Below are positions 12,133 through 28,029 of a stretch of 64,000 nt of DNA, piece by piece. The notes beneath the pieces are model-generated. The model was not told the DNA's origin. It worked only from the letters and a program-made list of their open reading frames with translations, and searched no databases. The position numbers and the translations under genes are program-made. The DNA lies in the NCBI RefSeq assembly GCF_009914755.1, contig NC_060927.1; one strand, written 5' to 3'. The stretch comes from the human T2T-CHM13v2.0 reference genome, Homo sapiens. Numbering within the stretch: the first letter of the stretch is position 1; every line of letters begins with the position of its first letter.

Positions 12133-12249
12133 AATTTGTTTATCTTTTGTGTATAAATCCCAAAATATTGAATTTTGGAATATTTCCACCATTATGTAAA
12201 TGTTTTGGTAGGTAATTTATTTGGAGTGAGTTTCTGCGTCAAGCCCGAG

Positions 12250-16116
<3,867 letters not shown>

Positions 16117-16127
16117 CAGGCCTCAAG

Positions 16128-16365
16128 TTTTGTTTTTTTTGTTTGTTTTGTTTTTTGTTTTTGAAATGTAGTTTGACTCTTGTCACCCAGGCTGGAGTGC
16201 AGTGGCACGATCTCAGTGGCCTTCATACCTGGCTAATTTTTTGTATTTTTACTGGAGGTGGGGTTTTGCCATGTTGGCCAGGCTGGTCTTGACCTCCCGA
16301 CCTCAGGTGATCCACCCACCTCAGCCTCCCAAAATGGGATTATAGGCATGAGCCACCGCTCCCAA
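16128..16365 (-). mobile_element. AluS with internal deletion
   Basis: The right arm jumps from gatctcagtggcc to the linker region. Confidence 0.85.
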
Positions 16366-16389
16366 CTTCATTCATTTTTACTTGAAAAA

Positions 16390-17220
16390 CTCCGTTAAGC
16401 ATTTTTTTAAGGTAGACCTAGTGGTCCTGAATGCCCTCAGCTTTGTTTGTCGAGGAAACACATTATTTCTTTTTCCTTTCTGAAGGACAGCTTTGTCAGA
16501 CATAGTATTAGTTGCTGGCAGTTTTTTTCTTTCAGCACTTTGAATGTATTATTCGATTCTGTCCTGACCTGCAAAGTTTCTTTAACTTTTGACTATTTGA
16601 TTATATTGTGACTTGGTGAGTATCTATTTGGTTTGAACCTCTTTAGGAATCTTTAAGCTTCATGGATTTAGATGTCTAAATCTTTCCCATGATTTAGGCA
16701 GTTGTCAGCCATTCTTTAAATAAGCTTTATTCTCCTTTCTCTACTTTCCTTCTCAAACTCCCATAACCTGACAATGGTTTGCTTAATGGTGTCTTGTTGG
16801 CTTTCTTTTCTCTGTCTCTTTTTTTTTTCTTTTTGAGACAGAGTCATGCTCTGTCACCCAGGCTGGAGTGTAATGTGTGGTCTCGGCTCACATTGCACTC
16901 CAACCTCCGCCTCCTGGGTTCAAGTGATTCTCCTGCCTCAGCCTCCCAAGTAGCTGGGACTACAGGTGTGTGCCACCACACCCGGCTAATTTTTGTATTT
17001 TTAGTAGAGATGGGGCTTTGTCATGTTGGACAGGCTGGTCTTGAACTCCTGACCTCTTAATCTGCCTGCCTCGGCCTCCCAAAGTGTTGGGATTACAGGC
17101 TTGAGCCACCACACCCAGCCTTCTTTTCTCTCTTTTATTCTTTTTTTCTCTGTCCTCTGACTGGATAATTTCGGAAGATCTATATTCAAGTTTACAGATT
17201 CTCTCTCCTGTTGAAGTTGA
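16390..17220 (-). mobile_element. Old L1M fragment (ORF1 region), interrupted by an Alu
   Basis: gaaggacagctttg...ggcagtttttttctttcagcactttgaat, typical antisense L1M ORF1 sequence. Confidence 0.6.
16817..17120 (-). mobile_element. AluS
   Basis: Full dimer on the minus strand. Confidence 0.92.
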
Positions 17221-17224
17221 CTAT

Positions 17225-17735
17225 TGTGTTATATCACCCAGTCTGGTCTTGAACTCCTGGGCTCAAGCGATCCTCCCACCTTGGCCTCCCAAAGTGCTGA
17301 GTTTACAAGCATGAGCCACTGCATCCAGTCAGTCCCAGCACTTTGGGAAGCTGAGGTGGGAGGATCACTTGAGCTCAGGAGTTTGAGACCATCCTGGGCA
17401 ACGTACTGAGAACTTGTCTCTATATTAAAAAAAAAAAAAAGTCTTTGGGAGGCCAAAGCGGGAGGATCACCTGAGGTCAGGAGTTCGAGACCAGCCTGGC
17501 CATCATGGCAAAACCCCATCTCTACTAAAAATACAAAAATTAGCCAGGTGTGGTGGCACACGCCTGTAGTGGTGATGCATGCCTATAGTCCCAGCTACTC
17601 AAGAGGCTGAGGCAGGAGAATCACTTGAACTGGGAGATGGAGGTTGCAGTGAGCTGAGATCGCACCAGTGCACTCCAGCCTGGGCAACAGAGTGAGACTC
17701 CATCTTATAAAAGGAAAAAAGAAAGAAAAGAAAAA
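17225..17735. mobile_element. Alu cluster: FLAM(-) 17225-17330, FLAM(+) 17332-17440, AluS(+) 17443-17735
   Basis: Three adjacent Alu-derived segments with recognisable arms and A tails. Confidence 0.85.
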
Positions 17736-17894
17736 TTCCATATCTGAGTGTTTACTCCTGAGTTTTTGAGATTGTTATTAAGATCGTGCTCTACTGTGAT
17801 GATTTGGGTTTGTTTGATAATCAGAAAAAAAGCGTATTCTTTTAGGTGTTCAGCCACACTGCTTTGGTGTCACAACTGCACATTGGTTTCACAG

Positions 17895-18077
17895 CTGCAG
17901 GACAAGTTCGAGCATCTTAAAATGATTCAACAGGAGGAGATAAGGAAGCTCGAGGAAGAGAAAAAACAACTGGAAGGAGAAATCATAGATTTTTATAAAA
18001 TGAAAGCTGCCTCTGAAGCACTGCAGACTCAGCTGAGCACCGATACAAAGAAAGACAAACATCGTAAGAAGCAATAG
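17895..18077 (+). pseudogene. SEPTIN14P: Duplicated terminal coding exon of septin 14 (coiled-coil C-terminus); SEPTIN14P family
   Basis: Acceptor tttcacag| followed by [60 protein letters not shown]. No upstream septin GTPase exons are present in the window. Confidence 0.9.
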
Positions 18078-18189
18078 TTTCTCTTACTATTCTGAGAGCC
18101 TTATCATTCTACATCCCATCTTCCTGTGAGTTTGTCTTTGTAGCATTTAACTCTAATTGCAGTTCTCATTTTAAAAACTGGCTTGCTTA

Positions 18190-18521
<332 letters not shown>

Positions 18522-19066
18522 AGGGGGTGAACTTGAAGGCAGGTCCTGTGTCCATCTTTTCAGATTCTGTATCCCAGCACTTAGGACATAGACAAACACG
18601 AAGATGACAATCAATATTTGCCAAAATGAAAAAACAAAAGAAACATGTAACATCATGTAAAAGAAGCTGGTTAGGTGGAGAAATTTATTTACCATAGTCT
18701 TGCTTGTGGATCCAGTAGTGACTTTTACAGTTTATATCTAAATAGAAGCTGGAGGCTTTGTTGGGGACTCATAGGCATAAAATATTATTTATTATAGAGT
18801 TAAATGCTACAAAGACAAATCTAATTAATAGGCCTATTTTCCTTTTTAAATTCTACTCATAATTTCTTCATAGTTTTTATGATAAAAGGTTGGATTTTGA
18901 TTAGAACTCCCATGATTTTGTGTCAGAATTAAAACTGGTATTAGAATAAATAATTCAAAAGCTAGAGAAAGAGTACAAAGAGAAGCCATGCATTGCATTT
19001 GAATTATAATATTATGTCTTACAGATTTGGGGTATATGCTAAAGTTACCAAAGTTGTAGAAAATAA

Positions 19067-19377
<311 letters not shown>

Positions 19378-20119
19378 CACAATGACTTTTACACATGTTG
19401 TTAAATCATCTTACAGATTTTATAATTTGGGGGAAGAAAAGTTTTACTAAATTGTCTTTTAATGGAAACTCTACAAGAACCAGAATCTTTGCTTTGTTCA
19501 CTTATGTATCCATTCCTAGGCCTAGAAAAATGTCTGACACATAGCGGCAATTATTCATTGAATAAATGGACCCAGCGATAGTACATTGGCTATGCTATAT
19601 GCATACATTAAAGATGTAGATTATCGACTTTCAAAAGATAATTAATGTAACTTCTTACTGCTTCTGAACATGTTTGTGAGTTATATTGCTGAGGGACCTT
19701 TATCTTCTCATTCTTTCATCTTAACCCAGTGTTATAAAATTGAAATCACCAATATTATTCCATATCTAAAATTAATATCTACCTTGTAAAAAATATCACT
19801 CTGCTGCATTTGAGAATAGACTTTTTAGGTAATAATGATGCAATCCATAGGGTTTTTTGGGGGCACAGAGGGATTCATGCTAACAGAACATTTTATTTTC
19901 TATTTTCCCAGAGCTGTAAAACATGAAATTACGGTAGTATAAGGCATATTTTTACTCTTTTTATAATTTTTTCTAAAAAAAAATTAGTGTTTGTTCCCTA
20001 TATAACTTTTAACTTTATAGGTAAATATTTGTTTCTTTCAGCTCCAGTTTTATGTGAAATAGAGTTTTCAGATTTATGTAGCATGGAAAGTTTTAATACG
20101 TCAGAGTTACTGATTTTTG

Positions 20120-21070
20120 CCAATCATTTTCTCAATTATTTCTTTTTTATCTTTAGTTGATTTTTTTGTAGTGACACATTTTGTTTCTAGTCTCATTTCC
20201 TTTTGTTTATATTCTATATATATTTCATTTTTGGTTACTATGAGAATTACATATAACATCCTAGAGTTATAACATTTTAATTTGAATTTATTTCAACTTA
20301 AGTTCAATCACATACCAAAATTCTACTGCTATATATATAGCTCTACTCTTTTTATGTTATTGATGTGACAAATTATATCTTTATTCATTGTATACCAGCT
20401 AACAGATTTACAATTACATTTTATGCATTTGCCTTTTAAATTATGTAGAAAATAAAAAGCAGAGTTACAAACCAAAATTACAATAGGACTGTTTTTATGT
20501 TTGTTTATGTATTTACCTTTACCAGAGAGCTTTGTATATTCATACAGCTTGCTTATTTACTTACATAGTTATTGCCTAGAGTTCATTTATTTCAACCTGA
20601 AGGACTTAACACTTCCTGAATGTCAAATTCAGGGATAAATGGATTTTTTTCAGTTTTAAAAAAAAATCCGGAAATGTCTTAATTTCTCCTTCATTTTTGA
20701 AGGATAAGTTTTCCAGCTATATATTTCTCAATTGACAGGTTTCTTCATTATTTTAAATATATAATCCACTGCCTACTGGCCTTCAAGGTTTCTGCCGAGA
20801 AATCAGCTGCTAATGTTATCTGGATCCCTATCTGTGAGAGTTGCTCTTCTCTCTGAGTTTTCAACATTCTCCCATTATCTTTTTTTTGTTTGTTTTTGAG
20901 ACAAATAATTGTACATATTCATGGGATACAGAGTGATATTTTGATACATGTATACAATGCCCAATGATCAAATAAGGATAATTAGCATATCCATCACCTC
21001 AAATATTTGTCATTTATTTGTATTGTGAACAGTCAACATTCTTTCTTCTAGTTTTTTAAATTTATAAACA
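20120..21070 (-). mobile_element. Old L1M fragments
   Basis: T-rich antisense L1 sequence (ttctccttcatttttgaaggata...ggtttctgccgagaaatcagctg) and an L1MA-type 3' end (aataattgtacatattcatggg...) at ~20900. Confidence 0.6.
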
Positions 21071-22247
21071 TTTAAATTTTATTACAGAAATTTAAATTTT
21101 TTGATTCTGAAAAAGTCATATATGTATGCAACATTTTTTATCATTTATTTATATATTTATGCATCTTTCCTTTTAGTTTTGACAGAGATTTTCTATTTTA
21201 TCATTATTTCAAAAGAACTCTTACCTGTATTTATTTATCAAGTATATTTCCCTTGTTTTTTCCTAGTATATTAATTTATTTACTTATCTTCTAAAAATCC
21301 TCCATATAATCTGTTTATTTTGTTTCCTTTCTATAATTTCTTCAATAATTAGTTCTGTTCTATTTTCCATTAAAATATTTAAATCTTGTATGAATTTTTG
21401 TCAGATTAGAAATTTAGGGCGTTTCTTAATTTCTCTATACTCTAGCTTTTGACTTTTTTTTTCTGACCTAAGAGGTATTTAGAGCACATTTTAGATTTTT
21501 TATTTTGACTAATCATTTAAAATGTATACTAATCTTCAATTTAAATAAAAAACTGGTCTATAGTGACAAAAATTACAAATGAGCCTAACTAATAAATTAT
21601 CAGCTGTGTTTATATGTATAAGCATGCACAGATTTTGGTAAATATGTACATAGTATATTGGTGAGCTTATTTTTATCATTCTTAACTCATTGTGTAGTCT
21701 AAACGTTGGGGAAAAAATAAAATACAATAATCAGATGGTGTGAATAAGAAAATTGTTCTAATGTTTGTAAACCAAGCAACTGTTTTAACTGCTCCCCTCT
21801 TCCTGATTGACTTCTAAAAGGGATTGATCCATATTGGGTCCTATCATATACGTCACGGTATAACATCTCCAGCTATAAAATGGAAATTTGAGAATAACTT
21901 TGCTGCTACTCAGATACATTTTATTTCAAAAACATACACTAAGGTGTTGCTGTTGGATCTTTCCAAAAACATATTCACACAGAACTTTCAATCACACTGA
22001 GCCATATTTGAACAATCTTTCAAGGTCAGCTCTGGCATAAGCTAACATTATACCATTTAACTCAGAAATTTCTTTAGTATTTGATTAATGGGTTTATGTT
22101 TGATATGTAATGTAATTTTCTAATGCTAAATCAAGTGGTAATTTTGTTAGTCAAGTTGATTTAGTGGCTTGGGAAGAAAGCTTTTAATGTTCCCCTAATT
22201 TTTCTTACCTTTGACATGATCCTTCACATGTCTTATTTTGCTTAGTG

Positions 22248-22551
22248 ATTTTTCTTTTTTTTTTTTTTTTTTTGAGACAGGGTCTTACTCTACCACCCAG
22301 GCTTGAGTGCAGTGGTGCAATCACAGCTCATTGCAGCCTTGACCTCCCAGACTCAAGCTATTCTTCCACCTCAGCCTCCCAAGTAGCTGGTACTACAGGC
22401 ACATGCCACCAAACTTGGCTAATTTTTGTAATTTTTGTAGAGACAGAGTTTTGCCAAATTCTCAGGCTGGTCTGGAATTTCTGGGCTCAAGTAATCCTGC
22501 CTTGGCCTCCCAACATGCTGATATTACAGACATAAGCCACAGTACCTGGCC
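22248..22551 (-). mobile_element. AluJ
   Basis: Full dimer on the minus strand with poly-T. Confidence 0.9.
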
Positions 22552-23626
22552 AGTTTTCTTTTTAAAAAAATCTATTGGTTATTAATTTGAAGCCTTCCTT
22601 TTCATAGCTGTGCTCCTTAATTGGGAGCAAACATGAATGGACCACAACTTAGCCAATTTTCTATATACGATCTTTGCCATCCTAATTTAAAGGAATATTA
22701 ATTCTTTCTTTTCCTCTTTCATTCCACAAACCTCTATTGACTACATCTAAGTTCTAAATGGTGCACTGGATGTTGAAAAAGTTGATGATGAGCAAGAACA
22801 AAATTCCTGCTTTCAGGAGACTTACAGTTCAATATGGGAAATATAATTTGTTAAAATATAAAAGTGCAATTGTGTTACATGCTGTACGAAGTACATGTTG
22901 ACATGTGAGCATATAATAAATGGGCTGGAGGCCAGAGGATTGCCAAAGAGAATGGGCCTCCTGCTGAGATGAAAAGTTGAGCAGGGATTAGTTGGCGAAA
23001 GTGGAGGGACGATCCTTTCTAGGCAGGAGGAAGAACATGTACAGAATCTCTGAGGTGTGATGCGACAAAGTCTATATAAAAAACTGAAGAAAGGTCTAAT
23101 GTGGCTTAAATACAGAAGCTAGTAGGAGAGGAGTTGAAAAGAGGCTGGAGAAGTAGAAAGTGTCTGCATTCTGCAGGAACTTATATTGTATAAAAAGAAT
23201 TTCTCTTTATTCTAAGTGCAATGTGAAGCCAATGAAGTGCTTTAAACAGGTGATGTGATTTGATTGAATTTATTACTTCACTTAACAAATATTCATTACA
23301 TGCCCACTGTTTGTCAGATATTGCTGTAGCCCCTGGTGATACAGTAGGGAATAAAACAGGCAAAAATCCCTGTCCTCTTGCAGCTTATAATGGACTGCAA
23401 TGTTTAATATGTCAGAGGAGGTCCACGGAGGAGTGACTTCTAAGCAAGAATCTGAAAAAAATGAGGATATCTAAGGAGGGAACAAATGGTTCAAAAGCCC
23501 TATAATTGCAAGCAGGCATGATGAAGCAATTGCAGTTGTCCTGACTCTCAACACCGTGGAACTCAAAGGAGATGGAAAGATTCCTTCTCTCCCTCATATA
23601 TTTTCTCTCTTTCTGTCTATATATAT

Positions 23627-23726
23627 AGAATATGAGACATTTCCCTAATCATTATGTGTAATTACAATTACATATATATATGTAATTGTAATTACACATA
23701 ATGATTAGGGAAATGTCTCATATTCT
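23627..23726. repeat. Perfect 100-bp AT-rich palindrome
   Basis: The 50-bp arm agaatatgagacatttccctaatcattatgtgtaattacaattacatata is followed immediately by its exact reverse complement. Confidence 0.97.
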
Positions 23727-23965
23727 TCTACTCAGAAATAAGCAATATAGCAATTACTGTTTTTTACATTTTACAGTTACAGTTTCAGAGAAAGTTTGAT
23801 ATTTATCTAAAATTTTTCAATGTATGAACTTTTTCATTTGACAAACCATAATTGTACATATTCTTGGGATACAGAGTGATATTTTCTTTACATGTATAGA
23901 ATGTGTAGTGATCAAATCAGGGTAATTTCCACTAATTTAAAATGCCACCTTTATGTTATTGTAAT

Positions 23966-24065
23966 TTATATATATACTATATATATACACACACACATAT
24001 ATATATATACATGTCCACATACAGTGTGTGTGTGCACATGTACACACATGCATATGTGTATATAA
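23966..24065. repeat. Compound (TA)n/(CA)n/(TG)n microsatellite
   Basis: Alternating purine-pyrimidine runs seen directly. Confidence 0.8.
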
Positions 24066-25360
24066 TGCCCAGTATAAGCAATGTGCACAAATAAAATTAG
24101 CTAACAGAGATAGTATAGAGTGAGAGGAGAGGCAGATTAATCTTTGAGGAAAAGCACAATTTTATAGCTGAATGGAGAAAGCTGAGGTGGTTTCTAAGAT
24201 GGAGAATAAGACAAAACATGTAAGTACGTTGTTTGACTGAATTCAAGAAAGAAGGGTAAAAGAGAAGAAAGTAGTGGTCTTATCATTAAATGCCACAGAG
24301 AGGTAAAGATAAAGACAACATATTGTTTTGGGTTTAGTAATTTAAGGGTGACCAAATTCCGTTTTGGAGGAGGAACAGATTCCATGTCCACTAGAATGGA
24401 ATGAACAAGAAATGGAGGAGGAAAATAGGTAGTTTTTCAAAAGTTTTCAAAAATATGAAAAGAAGAAATGAAGTGGTACTTGGAAGAGATTGTTGAAATG
24501 GGAGAGACTATGGTGGCTTGTTTAGAAGCAGTTGAGATAGATCCAATTGAGATAGAGATATTGACTATATAAACAAAAGAATGACAAATTAATAGTGTAA
24601 TGGATAACTTGACTTTGGCAAATATTGTGAATTTTTGTGAAAGTACAACTAAAAGGCAATGTCACTCCAATAATCACCAGAGTAATCAATTTGCTTATTG
24701 CTGTCCCTTTAAATATAGTTCTCTGGTATCAACTAACATGTTTTTAACTAATGATGCTTCTTAAAGAAAAGGGAAAAGACCTTTTTCTTTCTTTCAGTCT
24801 TCAATGATTCACTGCTTCATCTCGCTCCACCAAAGATAAATGAAATCTACATCTCTTATACATTAACAATGCATGACAATTTACAAATAGCTAAATTTTT
24901 GGAGCTAACTTTAAGTACCTGAATGGAATTTAATCAACCCACTAATCTCCTTCTCACTTCTCAGGTATTTATCAAGTTTATGTCAAGGGACAAGGAAAAA
25001 TTATCCAAACATTGTTTAAAACAATCATCATTAATTAGTAACACTTATCCAGGGGGGTTTTTAACCTTTCCCCCACTCAAGGATTATTCTAATGTCAGAG
25101 TAGAATAAAAAATAAGTGCAGCGATGCTGACTCTTCCAAGCTTAACATTTCTCACAAGTCAATTAGCTTTGTACTGGGAGGAGGGCGTGAAGGGCTGCTT
25201 GCGGTAGTTGTGTAGCAGCAGCACAATGGCCGCAGACAAGGAAAACAGTTTCTAGGAATTCCTCGTATATAATTTTATATTTTTGACAAGATTAATGACC
25301 CATGCTCCCTTCCTCTCCATTTCTTTTTTTGGAATTCTGTTGGTATGTAGTTACTATATT

Positions 25361-25490
25361 TTATTAAAGGAAATTAGCCTTATCTCTTATTATATTTTAT
25401 TAAAGAAAATTATTATATTATTCCTTTATATTTTTATTAAAGGATTTTATTATTATTAAAGGAAATTAGCCTTATCTCTTATTATATTTT
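25361..25490 (+). repeat. 38-bp direct repeat (25361-25398 and 25453-25490)
   Basis: ttattaaaggaaattagccttatctcttattatatttt occurs twice. Confidence 0.9.
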
Positions 25491-25532
25491 TTATGACCTT
25501 CAAAGTAGTGTCTCTGCTTAAAAGTGTACCCT

Positions 25533-25828
25533 GGCTGGGCGTGGTGACTCACACCTGTAATTCCAGCACTTTGGGAGGCCGAGGCGGGTGGATCACGAGG
25601 TCAGGAGATGGAGACCATCCTGGCTAACACGGTGAAACCCCGTCTATACTAAAAATACAAAAAATTAGCAGGGCATAGTGGCGGGCGCCTGTAGTCCCAG
25701 CTACTCAGGAGGCTCAGGCAGGAGAATGGCGTGAACCCGGGAGACGGAGCTTGCGGTGAGCTGAGATCGCACCGCTGCACTCCAGCCTGGGCGACAGAGC
25801 AAGACTCCGTCTCAAAAAAAAAAAAAAA
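25533..25828 (+). mobile_element. AluY
   Basis: gatcacgaggtcaggagat, accatcctggctaacacggtg, gaatggcgtgaacc. TSD aaaagtgtaccct on both sides. Confidence 0.95.
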
Positions 25829-25961
25829 GTGTACCCTGAAGCACACATCAAGCGACATGTAGAGTTCATAAATTCTGGCCAAATGGTCATACCTCAAACC
25901 TCATCAGCAGTAAGGCTCTTTACTTGCACTGACAAATATGAACGCTGGGGAATTTGGAAAT

Positions 25962-26387
25962 GATATATAATATATAATATTATATATAATAGATATATAA
26001 TATATAATATTATATATAATAGATATATAATATATAATATTATATATAATAGATATATAATATATAATATTATATATAATAGATATATAATATATATTAT
26101 ATATAATAGATATATAATATATAATATTATATATAATAGATATATAATATATAATATTATATATAATAGATATATATAATATTTATAATAGATATATAAT
26201 ATATAATATTTATAATAGATATATAATATATAATATATATAATAGATATATAATATATAATATATATAATAGATATATAATATATAATATATATAATACA
26301 TATATAATATTATATATGTAATAGATATACAATATATAATATATAATAGATATATAATATTATATATAATAGATATATAATATATAA
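25962..26387. repeat. AT-rich minisatellite, ~30-bp unit
   Basis: gatatataatatataatattatatataata repeated with 26-30-bp variants. Confidence 0.95.
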
Positions 26388-26422
26388 CTTTCCATGTGAT
26401 TTTCCTCTTAATTTTTTTCTAG

Positions 26423-26580
26423 CTGATCCATATGAATTCCTCTTATTAAGAAAAATAAAACATCCAGGATTCAATGAAGAACTGACTATCACCTTGTTAA
26501 TCATTCAGAAACATGTTGCAGGCTTAAGCCATTTTTGATATAGATACTGAAACAATTACTTGCTAAGAGCAAACTTCAAG
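26423..26580 (+). ncRNA. Candidate 158-nt internal exon of a + strand transcript
   Basis: Strong acceptor (atttttttctag|) and donor (aag|gtatgg). Agrees with my unverified recollection of lncRNA exons annotated in paralogous human loci. Confidence 0.55.
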
Positions 26581-27410
26581 GTATGGATAAGGCCCTGAGT
26601 CATCTTCCTGAGCTGAATGATAGTTAAGCTGAATGTACGTATAAAATATGATTTTCTAACCACTTGCTCGCCAACAAGGAAAACTTTTAAGTAGAGCAGA
26701 ACCTGAATAGACAAGACATTTCTTTCTTTTGGTAGAAAATGATTTACCATCACTGTGTAGTTAATTGTAGACTAGGTAATTTTAACTTTGTGATTTATTG
26801 CCGGAGACATTTTCTTCTGTACTGTAAAGTGTGTGTCAAAAAAAAAATAGCGATTTTGGAGGATTAGGGGACTTTGATAAATTGCCTGCAATTCTGGCAG
26901 TATGAACTGCATATTAATTTCTCTCTTTCAAGAACATTTTTATTTATTAATTCCTTACAAAAACTCCCTAAACTTTGGAACAGCTCTCAATTGCCTGTAT
27001 TCTTTTTTTTCTTATTATGGTACTCTTCTAGAGATTTGGCTTGCATCTGTGAATAAGCCAGGACATCTTCAGAAATTGTCTGATTAAAAACACCACCAAT
27101 GGAGTTTCATTAAATTTGTATTGCTCTGACTAGTGAAACACACACATCTATGTTGCTGAGGATATTTTACTGCAGTTCGAGTTGTAATAATAGCTCTGTT
27201 TAAGATCCGTCAGTCACTTGAATCTTCTCTAAGGCTTTGTATGTTAGAAGTTAATTTGCTTTCTTACAAGGCCACATTCTATCTTGTAACTAAACAACTG
27301 AATTTTATGTCTTAGCGTAGATGGTTTATTACTTTCTGGTTTTTCTTTAGTAAGAATCCTATAAAAACACTAGTATTTTTCTCTGAGTTTAAAATTCAAT
27401 ACATGCCTAC

Positions 27411-27791
27411 TGATATGGTTAGGCTTTGTATCCCCACCTGAATCTCGTCTTGAATTGTAATCCCCATAGCCCCCATAATCCCCACAGGTCAAGGGAGAGA
27501 CCAGGTGGAGGTAATTGAATCATGGGGGCAGTTTCCCCTGTGCTGTTCTTGCGATAGTGAGTTCTCACGAGATTTGATGGTTTTATAAGGGATTCTTTCC
27601 CCTTTGCTCGGCACTTCTTCATGCTGCCTTGCGAAGAAGCTGGCTTGCTTCCTCTTTGTCTTCCGCCATGATTGTAGATTTCCTGAGGCCTCCCAAGCTG
27701 TGCTGAACTGTGAGCCAATTAAACTTCTTTCCTTTATAAATTACCCAGTCTTGGGCAGTTCTTTATAGCAGTATGAAAACAGAAAAATACA
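27411..27791 (+). mobile_element. THE1D-like MaLR solo LTR
   Basis: TG...CA termini (tgatatggtt...aataca) and a 5-bp TSD cctac at 27406-27410 and 27792-27796. Confidence 0.9.
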
Positions 27792-28029
27792 CCTACTATG
27801 TAAAACTTAAAATACAAAAAAACAAAACATTATCTCACTAACATAGGAGCTAATATTTTGGTGTACTTTGTTTAGTATTTTATATTAAAAATATGTACAT
27901 ATATATTTATATATAATTAAGAACATGTATGTACAATCGTGCATACATCATGTACATACATCTACTTAAGAAAATAGCTATGTAATATACCATTACTCAA
28001 CTAGATTATAATTTTTTCTCCATTTCTTT

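Noticed and set aside
7698-12134. Long Pro/Ser/Ala/Gly-rich ORFs (266, 385, 293, 265 aa) and the serial 60-aa ORFs as real proteins
   Set aside because: They overlap in several frames on both strands, as expected for stop-poor GC-rich repeats, and show no recognisable domain.
23627-23726. MADE1/mariner MITE or a known miRNA as the explanation for the palindrome
   Set aside because: No ttaggttggtgcaaaag-type TIR is present and I recognise no miRNA. It is kept only as a structural finding.
25894-26301. 135-aa Tyr/Ile/Leu ORF
   Set aside because: It is a translation of the AT-rich minisatellite.
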